From NCBI GenBank assembly GCA_002633005.1, contig NMRA01000297.1, positions 170,737 through 234,736 on the forward strand: a stretch of DNA of 64,000 bases. Reading direction: 5' to 3'. The translations under genes were made by a program, and so were the position numbers. Position 1 is the stretch's first letter. Each line of letters starts with the position of its first letter. Shown one piece after another: positions 52,772 through 64,000 of this stretch. This DNA comes from Phoronis australis. Its lineage: Eukaryota > Animalia > Phoronida. The notes below the pieces were generated by a model. It searched no databases and was not told the DNA's origin. It saw nothing but the letters and a program-made list of their open reading frames with translations.

Positions 52772-53013
52772 CATGCGCGCACCCGGGGGGGGGGGGCTCC
52801 GGGGCTCCAACGAACCCCCCGCTATTTGGCGAAGTGGGCAAAAAGGTCCGCCTCTGAGAAACAAAAAGTCCGAGATAATGAGACACTAAACAAGCACAAA
52901 CGCGGAATTCACAGTGGTGCCACCGGTTTTTTAGTTCGCCCGCTTTTTTGTTACCAAAAGGTCCACAACGTCAAGAATTCGAGCCCCCATATTAAAGGCT
53001 GGGTGCGTGCATG
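52772..53013 (-). mobile_element. MITE family A, full copy in CYP26 intron 1, 5-bp TSD
   Basis: TIRs CATGCGCGCACCC / GGGTGCGTGCATG with TSD CGTTC on both sides. Confidence 0.8.
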
Positions 53014-53193
53014 CGTTCTAATTAAAAAATAGAGTTGTTATCATGTCATTTTCACCCCTAGAATCCGTTAATCGACAAAGTTCCCACACTACTGACTAGA
53101 GATCGGCACGAACGACTCAATTGCCATAAAAACATCAATTCATTGAAAACAATGCGATGAAGATATGTACCAAAATACACGACGAGATCGTTT

Positions 53194-53210
53194 TAACCTT
53201 TGTCTGACCT
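53194..53210 (-). promoter_or_regulatory. Candidate DR5 element in CYP26 intron 1
   Basis: Minus strand AGGTCA-gacaa-AGGTTA (plus strand TAACCT ttgtc TGACCT). Confidence 0.35.
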
Positions 53211-54372
53211 TGAAGCAGAAGTCTTTCTCACTAATGGTCTGATCACCATGGCAATTACATTTTTTGTAGCCTAAACTGTGTTGAAGTTCACTTTCTTTTC
53301 AATGTTTCGAGTCTTCATAGACGATCACGTTCCTGTTATTGCAATATAACTAATAAGTGACGCAGCAGCCCTGGGAAACTTTGAAAACCTCGTGATCGTA
53401 AAGTTTGTATTTTGAAACAATTTAAAACGTAGAAATGTCGTGTTTATCACAGCACATTCAACGTTTCAAAACATTTAAGAGAACAATATGTTGCACTGCA
53501 CAGGCAAAATGCGACAATTCCTATTCGATTGCAATCCTACGAGAGGTACCACAACAAGAGATTTTTGCACATATGTAGTGGGGTAGCTAATTATATAAAT
53601 ACATTAATAACTGCAACCCTACGTGGAAAACCAGGATTTCAAAGACCAGCACTCTAAAATTTCTCCACGAAGAGGTAAGGAACGTGCATTTTGTCTGAGA
53701 ACATACGTGCACATGTAAACGTGTCAGTGAATGGACCCGTTTACAAGTTGTACCGTTCAAGTGAGACGTTTCAACAACAACTTGTCTGGCGGTATTAAGA
53801 TAAGTCCACGATCCCCAGTAATGTAGAATTATTAGTCTTCATACACGCCATGTTGGTCACATCACGTGACCTATAGCTAAGTATGAAAAGATCTCTGTTC
53901 CAACCAGGGTTCAAAACGTGACTTGCTGCTAACCGTGCAGACTATTAATTGTTATTGACACGATATCTACGCTCCGGTTTGTAACAACACAATTAACCGT
54001 CAGTAATCTTAACATTTAAACACTGCCTTCATAATGCACAACCAACAACAACAAGGTTTTTTTAGACAGTTTCATGCCGAGTCAACAGTTTGTATTCCTG
54101 AGAAAATCAGCAGGCACGGACATATATCACCATGACAATATATCCTTGTCGCGTGCTTAACTGCAACAAACGCCGAAAACGGAAATGCACTGCAGCGAAT
54201 CTGTTTTATAATTAAAGGAGTTTGAAAAATACATTCAAAGTCGGATTTTTTGTTGATGACCTGATTAGTGTATTCGTGAAAAGTGGCAAAGTTGGTTAGG
54301 CCAAGGCACCTACATTAGAGCGCCATGTTGAACGCCAGTGACTCTCTCTTTAAAATGTGCTTAACGTCTTAC

Positions 54373-54552
54373 CTGCAGTGCCAAACTTATAGTTTCTCCC
54401 ACGACAGGGAGTCCTAGCGTACCCGGTGGTAGCGGCAGCTTGCTTTCAGTATCTCGCGTGCTCAGTATGTAATGCTGCCACAGTTTCACCGCCAAGTAGC
54501 ACAGAAGTGTCGGCACAAATATTGCCAAGAAGCCGCCAACGGTTGCCTCCAT
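54373..54552 (-). CDS. CYP26: Cytochrome P450 family 26 (retinoic acid hydroxylase-like), coding exon 1 of 5 (aa 1-60)
   Basis: ATG at 54552 (MEATVGG...), N-terminal membrane anchor, proline-rich LPLPPGTLGLPVVGET motif typical of CYP26. Ends LALQ|GTAAG, phase-0 donor. Confidence 0.92.
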
Positions 54553-54685
54553 GCTTGGCAAGTAATCTCTGCAAAGACGAGAATGTAACACTTGTAGAAA
54601 AAATGCAGTTGAACTTAAGACTAGGACGATGCAAGCATGTGCATGCGAGCGAGTCCGAATTGGTGCGTTTATCAAAGTTGATTGT

Positions 54686-54740
54686 TTACTGTGTGCCCTA
54701 GTCAGCGTCTTTATATAGAGTCAACGATCTGATTGGCTGC
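54686..54740 (-). promoter_or_regulatory. CYP26 core promoter (TATA box, CCAAT box, Inr-like site)
   Basis: On the minus strand: TATATAAA at 54717-54710, CCAAT at 54736-54732, and Inr-like ACAGT with A at 54690, 27 nt from the first T of the TATA box and about 140 nt upstream of the ATG. Confidence 0.65.
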
Positions 54741-54840
54741 ACTTTTACCCTCAACAGAGTTGTTGAGGAAAAATGGAAACCACTTGCGTTTCTAAAAATA
54801 GCCTAGACACTTGACCACAATTCATTTTACATGTTTCGCC

Positions 54841-54857
54841 CGGTCAATGGACGGTCA
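54841..54857. promoter_or_regulatory. Candidate DR5 nuclear-receptor (RARE-like) element, proximal to CYP26
   Basis: CGGTCA-atgga-CGGTCA: identical half-sites with a 5-nt spacer, about 150 bp upstream of the inferred TSS. The first base is C rather than the consensus purine. Confidence 0.4.
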
Positions 54858-55367
54858 GAAACACTTGGCTTTTAAATTACCATGTACGCCGGTTATTTTT
54901 CTATTTACTAAGAAATTTATAATAGCGTTTTTGTCTTCAACGGATTCCGTTAAAAACATTGCACTCATGTCTGACAGTTTTCAATCTGAGGACAGCCCAA
55001 AACGGAGCATATAACCAAAATCAACTGCCAGAGTACCGAGAGACACTTCAACGTAAACGCAAGAAGTACGCGACGGAAACCAGTGTGATCACGTGCTTTT
55101 CTTGCAATACATGACGATATCTCACAGTCTTTTTATTCAGATGATACTATATTTGGTTTGGAACGGTGAAGGACTGTCTATAGTATTACAACATAACGAA
55201 ACACGGTTAATTGGTAGATACAAATTGCCTTTAATGCTCGTGAAAAATAAAAGAAAATTTGGCCTAATGTTGCATGCATCTGTTATGTATATCGATCATC
55301 GGTCCAAAAATGAAGATTGATGGCATGTCCTAGTCTTCGGTTGGCATTCTTGTTAATCTTGGTAAAC

Positions 55368-55707
55368 CATAGGCGGATTTAGGGGGGCAGGGGTCCCCCC
55401 CCCCTTGGCTGCAGGAAGCAACATGAAACAAGAGCAGCGTGAACCGTGAGGAAATATTGAGTTCAGTAACCCAGGACCGGTAGCGGACCGGGAGGGGAGG
55501 GGAGGCTCGGACGGAACCGTGCCCCAGTTTTTTTATTTTTTTTTGTTTTTAGTCCACCGATAGTTTTCCTGAACAAAAGGTCCAAATCCCCCTTTCCTGC
55601 TCCCACAACTTTCGGCAACCCTGTACACAAGCATGTACAACTGCGCTTTGCCCAACATGTTGGCCTTTTGTTGAGCCCCCCATTATGGTATCCTAGGTCC
55701 GCCATTG
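55368..55707. mobile_element. hAT-like MITE with canonical 8-bp TSD, about 0.7 kb upstream of the CYP26 TSS
   Basis: TIRs CATAGGCGGATTTAGG / CCTAGGTCCGCCATTG with perfect TSD TGGTAAAC. Confidence 0.75.
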
Positions 55708-56287
55708 TGGTAAACGGACTAGGATTTCGGCACAAACACTATAATACTTATTGTGCAAAGCTGTAGTTTATCCTCCAGCTGCTGGAACGACCCATGAGTA
55801 GCGCACGACCTGTTTCTGGCGTGGTCGCCGCGCCACCACGTGAATGAACTTCTGAAAGTACTCTTTGTTACAAACTTGCTCGCTGCAACAATAAACTAAA
55901 ACTATGCACTCCACTCTCACTTCATGTTCCTTTACTCACTCAAGATAACCAGAAGTCAAGTGAAACAAGACCACAATTCACCGTAGTTTTGGCAATTTCC
56001 AGGACCATTTTTCACGGAAGACCTAGTCACGCATCCAACCTCTATTCGCATTTGCGTCTGGTGTACATGTACAACTCTGACATATATCAAGAATGAGGTC
56101 AACAGGTGTATTTGAATTAGCTGAACAAAAAGAACATGCCTGTGCAACCTTCAATGCAGTAACTTGAGTCATAATGCAGATGATAAACGCAGGTTGCGAT
56201 CACAATGCCTACTTCTCACGTTGTGCTTCTAACATGGTATCTCCTACATGTATTGGTGATCCGAAATGGAAAGAAAGCGTGTAATTA

Positions 56288-56565
56288 CCCTTACAAAAAT
56301 GAACTTAAATTTTTAAATGAAAACTTAAAAATTTTTGGCAAAAAACTTAAGTTTTTCCTCTAAAACTTAAGTTGATTTCCAAAAACTTAAGTTTTTAGAA
56401 CTTAAGTGTTTGAAAAACTTAAATTTTTGAAAACTTAAGTTATGAAAACTTAAGTTCGTTCCAAAATCTTGTTCCTGCCAAAAATCTAAGTTTTCGTGAA
56501 TGACATCTTAAGTTTTTCAGGCCAAAAACTTTTTTTGATGAACACTTAAGTTATTTTTGTAAGGG
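56288..56565. mobile_element. TA-flanked MITE (CACTA/EnSpm-like CCC..GGG termini) built of AAAACTTAAGTT repeats
   Basis: TA|CCCTTACAAAAAT ... ATTTTTGTAAGGG|TA, with about 12 internal copies of the palindromic ACTTAAGT-type motif. Confidence 0.7.
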
Positions 56566-56568
56566 TAA

Positions 56569-57473
56569 AGAGTTGCCACCACGCATTTTCTTAGTTTTAG
56601 AGGTTTCAGTTGGCTGAGATGAAATGAATATCATAAAGTCTAACTAAATAGGCACTTTTCATGCCACATAGTTGCGATTTATTTACTTTTGAAGAAGAAT
56701 TAGTTATTTCCAAGTTTCCCGCCAAATGATGTAATAGGTGGAAGACGTTCGGTCACTTGATAATCAATTGCAATGGCGGAATGCAGCAGATCAGAAGATG
56801 GTGACGATTTTGAGCGGCAACTGCATAACTATTATTTAAAATTGACACTTAATAACCACTGACAAAGGTCACACACAGTAAACTTGGGTGACTCGTATTT
56901 AATATTGCCATGATATAATGAGCACGGTGCGGTCTAAACACAATACACAAGCCTACGCGTCGCAGCACTCGCTCACTTGTTGTTTATTCATAAAATTTGG
57001 TAATACAGTTACAAGACGGCGAGTCCTTCATCGTAACGCCGCTTTTGTGTTTGGTCAAAACGTGGCTCATTGAATTGTGGCGAATCGCAATTTTCCATAC
57101 TGACATTCCACACTCTCGTACGACGCACAAACCGATGCCACTTCTGTGCAACTTTCACTTCTCTAGAAACTTTGAGCACAGTGACAGTCTCGGTCAAGTT
57201 GCTGTTACTACAGCCTCCACAAACGCCCGTCTTCATGTATAAAAAGGCTGCACTCCGCAGACCTTCCCCACAACTCCTCAATATCGCGCTGGTAAAAACA
57301 ACAATGACGAAGACGGTCTTCCACCCATTACGTACAACTCCGATTAACAGAAAAATATATATTTCTAAAAATATGGCTTGTTTTTTTAGCAACAGGTATA
57401 CTAAAAGCTATAAAGTCCCTTAAAATGTATTAATAAAATTCTTTTGGAGACCCAAGGTGGTGGTGGGAACTCT
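56569..57473 (+). mobile_element. Kolobok-like non-autonomous element, family K1 copy 2
   Basis: AGAGTTGCCACCA ... TGGTGGGAACTCT|TTAA. The left TTAA is interrupted by the 56288-56565 MITE. Confidence 0.7.
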
Positions 57474-57825
57474 TTAAAAACACCGAGCAGCAATTGAAAA
57501 AAATATTTGTCTCATAAAAATACAGAAGATGAGGGCACCAAGAGACAGTGTAAAATGTAGAAATAGGCGTATAAATCAGGTTGTAGCTTAGTACAGGCAT
57601 CATTTTCGAAAAAAAAAACATGGGCATGAGTGAATCGACCCAGACGGACTATGGGCCAATGTGTAGGACCTATGGGCCGTACTAGTTTTTTGTCTTTTTC
57701 ATTTACAATTTTATTGGACCCTTTGGATCGAGTTAAGCAATCTCAGTGCGATAGTATGTCAATGAAACTACTAGTTCTGCGCCAATGACGTTGGGCGCGC
57801 TCCTAAAACTATCCTGCTAGTATCA

Positions 57826-58951
57826 TTTAATTTTCCTAGGCGTTTCTGATTGGCTGGTTGAAAGCTCAACAACTGGCGTTTTACGTAATTAAACTGTCAT
57901 GACTTATGGGGGAACTGTAAATGTGGATATAGCTTGTGTTCTCCTGTACAGACAAATCGATGCTTAAGTCATGTCAAGACATTTGAATAGAAAAGCTGTG
58001 GCTGTGCCTTTTCGGAGTGCATTTTTCTGCTGTCGCTTACTTTTTGTTCACGTTGGTGTCCTGTGTTCACACAGTATAAGTAACACACCGGTGAAATCGG
58101 CCACATGTGTGTGCATTGTATGTGCTTCAAGTACACGGCTATTAAACATGAGGCCTACTGCAGAAACGAAAAATTTGCTTTCTCGTCACTTGCCTTCATG
58201 ACAAGGCTAAAAATCGTTCATAGTCCGCCATTTTCTTTCTTTGGTGTAAAGCTAACCAATGACTACTGAGGTTACATCCTCGCTGGTTCCCTGCGTGCCG
58301 CTAAGTGGTAGTCAACCCGCAGGTATCACTTAATTTTCCTCGGGAATTTTTTTACATTGGCGTTTCTGATTGGCTGGCCGAATTCTCAACAGCTAGGCGG
58401 CGCTTTACGCAAACAAACTGGCATGATAAAGGTAGTGTAAATGTGGTGTGTTGTACAGACAAATCGGTGCTTCATGTTCAAGAAATGAGAATCCCAGAAA
58501 ATTGTGGTTGCTCATTTTCGGAGTGCATCTTTCTATTGTGGCTGACTTTTGTTTAGGTTGCTGTCCTATGTATTTTCATACAGTGTGAATAACACTCTAG
58601 TAAATTCGGCCAGATGCCACCTTGTTTATTGTACATGTTTGTGCTTGAAGCACGCGGCCATTGGCCTACTGCAGAAACGAATTAGTTGCTGCTAAGCCAC
58701 TTGCATGGCAAGACTAAAAATCGTTCATCGTCCGCCATTTTCTCACTTTGTTGTAAAGCTAACCAATCATTGCCGAGATTACATCAAAGAATGTTAAGGC
58801 GCGTGCTACTGGGTGCTACCTGCGTGCTGGCTAACAAGCGGCACGCAGGGAACCAGCGAGATGTTACATCAACCAGTGATAAAACACGTGCTACTGAATG
58901 ATACCTGCGTGTTTTCTACCCCCTTAGCGGCCACGCAGGGAACCAGTGAGG
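57826..58951. mobile_element. Unclassified TIR element with a second copy of the same family (58278-58861) nested in it
   Basis: 57826-58277 and 58331-58786 are diverged direct copies. The inner copy has perfect 24-bp TIRs CTCGCTGGTTCCCTGCGTGCCGCT, flanked by GTTACAT on both sides. The outer right TIR ends at 58951. Confidence 0.65.
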
Positions 58952-60686
58952 AGTAGACAGCAACTAAAAGCCGTACAAACCAGGGCAGACGCACATGTTA
59001 TGACCACACATGTAATTCTTGTGTGTCAGTGCACAATATTCTCATGTGATCACTGACTCGCGACAACGAAGGGGGGGGGGGCTAGTTGGTGTTAAGAATG
59101 AACAGCAGTGACGGCATGCCCTTATTGATGGATGAAAAACGTAGCACAGGGCAACATGTCTCTAGGACCGCGAAATGCGCAGCTCAAAACTCACGTCGTT
59201 TCACGGAAGACGATGGAGGGACCTTAACTACCTCCCCCCCTCCCGACAGAGGTTTTAATGTCAAGTCTAGTTCAATCGTTATCTGACGCTATTCAAATTC
59301 TGTGACCCGTGGTTTCGGCACAAGTAAGGCTGTGCGCATCCCATCGACAATGATGAACATGTTTGTGAAAACACTGTTGTTAAAAATAAGAACGACCGTT
59401 TTATTACAATCCAGTTCCTATCAATTCTTTATGACGCGTTAGAAAATGAACTCGTTAAAGTCGCACACAACGCTAATTACAGCTTCCCAAAACTCACCTT
59501 AAGCCGTTACACTAACTTAGATCTCTTGCCGCTATAAAATTGGTCACAACATGTTCCTCACCTAGATGGGGAATGATTTCTGGGCTGAGGAACATCTGAC
59601 ACTTGGGTATTGCTAGAGACCTTACATGTGACCAGGCGAGCTTTCGTCACCTACAGAAGAATGACGAACTAATCTGAGTCACGCTGCAGTCATATGTGGC
59701 CTCAGGCAACGATCTGATACGTATTGAGTTTGCAGTACGGTAGTATTTGGTGTTATCACACCAACCGTCGAACTATTGCCGGAAGATTTTTAAAAACACC
59801 GGCTGGATATCAGTTTTAAAAATTACCAGTCTGTGCAATTGATCAGATAAAAATCGCTAGGCACCGGTATGGACCTCAACCGGCAGGATCGCAGCCGAAC
59901 ATCGTTTTATAGGCGTACAAGGGTTGGAACTTAATTGGCAGGATCGCAGCCGAGCATCGTCCCATATGTGAAAGCGGAAGCAACAAGTTTAGACCAATGA
60001 AGTTTTTAACGACTCATAAATGTAGTAACATGGCGAAATCGTATACTTCAAACTAAAATAAATCAACCTAGCAAAGACCAATCTTCCTTCTGAAGCAACC
60101 AGTCAACTCCACTCAGTCGATGATTTTATCACGAGTAATCAACAACAACCTCCATATAAAACAACCACAACAACAACAAAAACAACAAAACAAAGGTTTC
60201 AACTCAGGCCAAAACATAAACCCAACCTATGGTTTTCAACAATGGCTATGCACCGGGTTTTAACGGTGCCAAACATGTAAATACGACCTTCTTGAGATCA
60301 ATACGAGAATACGTTCCTGAAAGTTGATGGACGTTATCATCCACCTATAGGCGAGGACCGTAACGATGTTCATCACGTTTTGAACAAAACCGTTTCAAGG
60401 TATTCATCAGGTAGATACAGTGTGTTTATAGTTGGATCATGTACTGCTCTCATTGTGGAATGTGTGATTACACGGACTAACAGTTTGACTTATTGATAAT
60501 GATAACAACCCCATTGTGCTGGTTTGCCTCATGACCTTTAAGGGCGCCAGTTTACTTTTTTAAACCCATAACATTGTCAAAAGGGCTCGTGTTGACTTCA
60601 ATCACTGGCAACATAATTTTACAGTTGATAAAGTGCGGTATTTTAGCACACTCTACAGTTAATCTGCCAGATGGATGTTCGTTTAA

Positions 60687-60711
60687 GGGTCAATGCGTGG
60701 TCATACGGTCA
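60687..60711. promoter_or_regulatory. Candidate compound DR5+DR2 element about 6 kb upstream of CYP26
   Basis: GGGTCA-atgcg-TGGTCA-ta-CGGTCA. Confidence 0.3.
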
Positions 60712-63323
60712 TCACACTTGAATTCAAACCATAAACAAGGTTGACTGACAATTTGTGTAAAACTGTCTCACCGCGCTGTAATTTCAATTGAATTTTCCTA
60801 TGTTTATGCTAAGGTGGAACTGTACAGTTACAATGTAGCCGCGGTTAAAAAATAAAATTAAATTGTTGGGGTAGGCCAGGTTTAGCGGCAATTGAGAAGT
60901 ATTTATTAGGTTCAGTGAATCTAGGGCGCTTTCATTTGTGAACATGTGAATGAGAAATGTCCATTCGTTCGGCTGTAGGCACACTTTTCTTCAAAATGGC
61001 GTCTCCTTATAGCAATGTTGCAAATCCCTCAACATTAGGCAAATCTTACGTTAAAAGGATTTGCACACAAGTGGACGAGAAAGCGTGCTGAAAGTGTTGC
61101 CCGGACGAGATAATTGCGGTCGTAAACCAACACGCCTGTTTAGGTACGAGTTTCAACGTCAAAAAACGAACTATAAGTAAGGCACACGACCACCAAGGCT
61201 GATTTTAAATTTGAACAGTACATAGAAGCCATCTATGGATTTTGAAAGAGAAATTAGTCAATAGGTTTTCTTGAGCATCGCGGCTAAGACAGGAGCAATA
61301 ATTAGTGAATCGATAAGGACGAGTTAGTCACCAGTCTCATTACTGGCTTAGGCTCACTTATACGTTGGTGTAACAAAACCCAAAATGTTAGCGTGGTATT
61401 TGTGTCATGAACAATTCAGAATTGCAAATGGTTGCGAGATGGCAGCACTTTTCGGCCACGCTTGTGAAATATGTCACCACTTTGCTTTCAAAATCTAGTG
61501 TTGGCTCACATCGAGTAATGACAGGAAAGTACAGATTTGAGAGTAGAAATTGTCACTTTTTCGTTTTATGCCAGGTTTTTCTGGGCTTGGATTCTTCCCT
61601 GGTGGAAATGACAAATAGGCCTACGTACGAGACAGCTAGGATAACATTTCTGTGTGTTTTGAGAAGCGCTTTTTACGTAAAATGGCTCCCAACTTTTCAT
61701 CCTGCCATACAGTTTTCGAAAGAATGAAGGAAAAATTCGATTGAGAATTGTTCTGTCCCTGCTGACCTACCTTTCTTTTTTGTTGAACAAGGTGCTGCCA
61801 TGAAAATGACATTATTAAATCTCATTTTAGAAGATAACGATTTTCCTTGCAAGTGTTAATTGTGAGTTGTGACGCAAACTAAAGATCAAGAACTCTGACG
61901 ATGTTGTTATCAGCCAGAAATAACTTTCTAGTAGCAGTGTGGTCACTTATAGTAAAATGATAGTGATAGTAAAGGCATTCTCGGTGTTCGCTCTTAGTAA
62001 AGCGGCGAAATATCGACGATTTTGTCACGGTGAATGCACCAATGCCCAAATGCCAATTAATTAATGATAGCTCATCAGAAAGATTTATACTTTAATTTCT
62101 AATATGCAAATAAGTTTTGCGCTAATGTTAAGTTGTGTTTTGTCTCAAACCGATTTGAAGTTCGTATAAGTTTTATTATACTCTACTGTCTAGATCGTTG
62201 TTTTAAATGTTTTGCCCATTTGTCATAAAAAAGACAGAGACCTATCAAACCAATCACGTACAGTGACATTTAACTTACCTTAGAAATTCTTCCAAAGTGG
62301 CCGATGGTAGCATCTTGTTCGCACGATTCGTTATAAAGATGATCTCGACCAAGTGTTTCTATCAATAATGAACTTTATATGCACTGCGACTCTGGAAGCC
62401 CGACATTTATGTAACAAAGCCAACGGAGAAAGGCGCTGACCTTTTCAACTTTCGTACGACTACATTACGACGACAGTGACGCAATTTTTTTGGCGTGGAC
62501 GACTTCCATATTGCTCCAAAATTTCGCTCAGAGGGGCAGGGAACACTTGCCACAGGGGCCGGGGTCTGGAACATTTTGTGCATCACAACGAACATTGGTA
62601 CCCAAGTTCAGATTTTTTTGTTAACCCTACCATTGGAAATCAAAGTTTATAAATTCAGTTTGAAGAATAAAGCAGGAAAATCTTTGCTGACGTCCCTGGT
62701 CAATTGGTGCATTGCCCTCTAGCTCAATTTCTCGAAACAGGAATGTGAATCACTCGAGACTGGTCAGATTAGGTTTTCATTGAAAATAAACACATACGCA
62801 TATCAGGGGTTAAAGATCACCGGAACCTGCAAAATTACGTAATACGAAAAAACGTAAGAGTGGCTTACATGACAGACTTAAGCGGAAGCTGAGACATGTC
62901 ACATCAGCGTGTATCATAAATTCAGTCAAAGGATGTTCTTAATGAACGAGGATATATGAAACACGGATAAAAAGAGGAAATAGAGGGTAAAATTAACAAT
63001 TAGGTATCATCGAAAACACTCTGACAATCTCGATCTTCAAATAATTCAGTCCTAAACGTTATTGCCCTAGTTGTGTAGAGTTTGTGGCGGATCTACAATT
63101 CTGTGGCTTCAAACATGATCAGTTATACAAGAACCTCGCAACCAGGAACAGTTGCTTAACTTAGATTGTCAATTTTCTCTCTCGGTCGCCACCCTCCCGG
63201 TCACCACGCCCTCTATGCGCGAGGGACTTAAGCTGTACGTTAGGCACATGTGCGGGAAATTTGGAACTGGAAGGAAACTATCTGTTCTGGGGCAGAAGAA
63301 CACTCCGAAATATATCGAAATAC

Positions 63324-63500
63324 ATTGGGGACCTGAAGACCACTCTGGTATATATTGGGGGCCTGAATACATCTCCGGTATATATTGGGATCCTGAAGAC
63401 CTCTGCGGTATACTGAAAAAAATTGGGGTCCTGAAGACCTCTCCGGTATATATTGGGATCCTGAAGACCACTCGATCGGTAAACATTGGGAACCTGAAGG
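63324..63500. repeat. 30-bp minisatellite (ATTGGGRNCCTGAAGACCWCTCCGGTATAT), about 6 copies
   Basis: Contiguous tandem units. Confidence 0.88.
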
Positions 63501-64000
63501 TTAGGCTGATCATGTATCATCACGACTGTGCATTTATCCAAATATTTACAAATCTATAGATATTGTTAACTCTTTTCAAGAAGTAATCTAAAAGTCGATG
63601 TTACAGTTATCAAAATTATCATTTCATTTTCGTTTTATGCAACTTTTGTTTTTCTTTTCATGAAAACAATGTAAGTCTTAGCCCCTGATCGTAAAGTGGA
63701 ACATTTTAACAACACCTGCTAACAGCACATTGGAGTACGATGTATAAAGCAGATTACTTGAAAGTTTTATTGGATTTTGCTCAGTTATTTCACATGAGGT
63801 TCCCCAGTGCGAAAGTGCTCAAATATTGCCATTTTTCTAGAGTCTTACGTCGAAATTGTAAAGACTCGGAAACAGGCTCAGAACTCGTTTAATGTCATTA
63901 TGAATATACCTGTTCCTAATATTCCCATTGATATTCTAGCCTATCCAAAACTTCCAAATCTAAACTTCCAATTTCACATAAAAATCCGTTCTGTTCTGAA

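Noticed and set aside
1-64000. tRNA, rRNA or snRNA genes
   Set aside because: No convincing A-box/B-box cloverleaf or rRNA/snRNA signature was found by eye. tRNAscan-SE or Infernal would be needed to exclude them.

Overview
AT-rich eukaryotic genomic DNA with spliceosomal introns, dense MITE-type repeats and one 251-N gap. It looks like an invertebrate bilaterian, but the species cannot be fixed from the sequence. Two protein-coding genes are supported, in convergent orientation. (1) A class A peptide-type GPCR with a single coding exon (FMRFamide-receptor/GPR139-142-like) on +, 32503-33825, 440 aa. (2) A complete 5-exon cytochrome P450 of the CYP26 (retinoic-acid hydroxylase) family on -, 54552->41976, 483 aa, with GT-AG introns in compatible phases and a TATA/CCAAT promoter. 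The most unusual observation is that this CYP26 has AGHEKM in helix I where the family has (A/G)GHETT, so the oxygen-activating threonine is a lysine, while ExxR and the heme Cys motif are intact. Several DR5-spaced (RARE-like) elements lie around its promoter. The rest of the window is nested DNA transposons: a decayed hAT transposon and MITEs with 5-bp TSDs, 8-bp-TSD elements, TTAA-flanked Kolobok-like elements, Helentron/DINE-1-like elements, a 4-kb foldback-like element, and mini- and microsatellites. All family assignments come from motifs read by eye; no database search was run.
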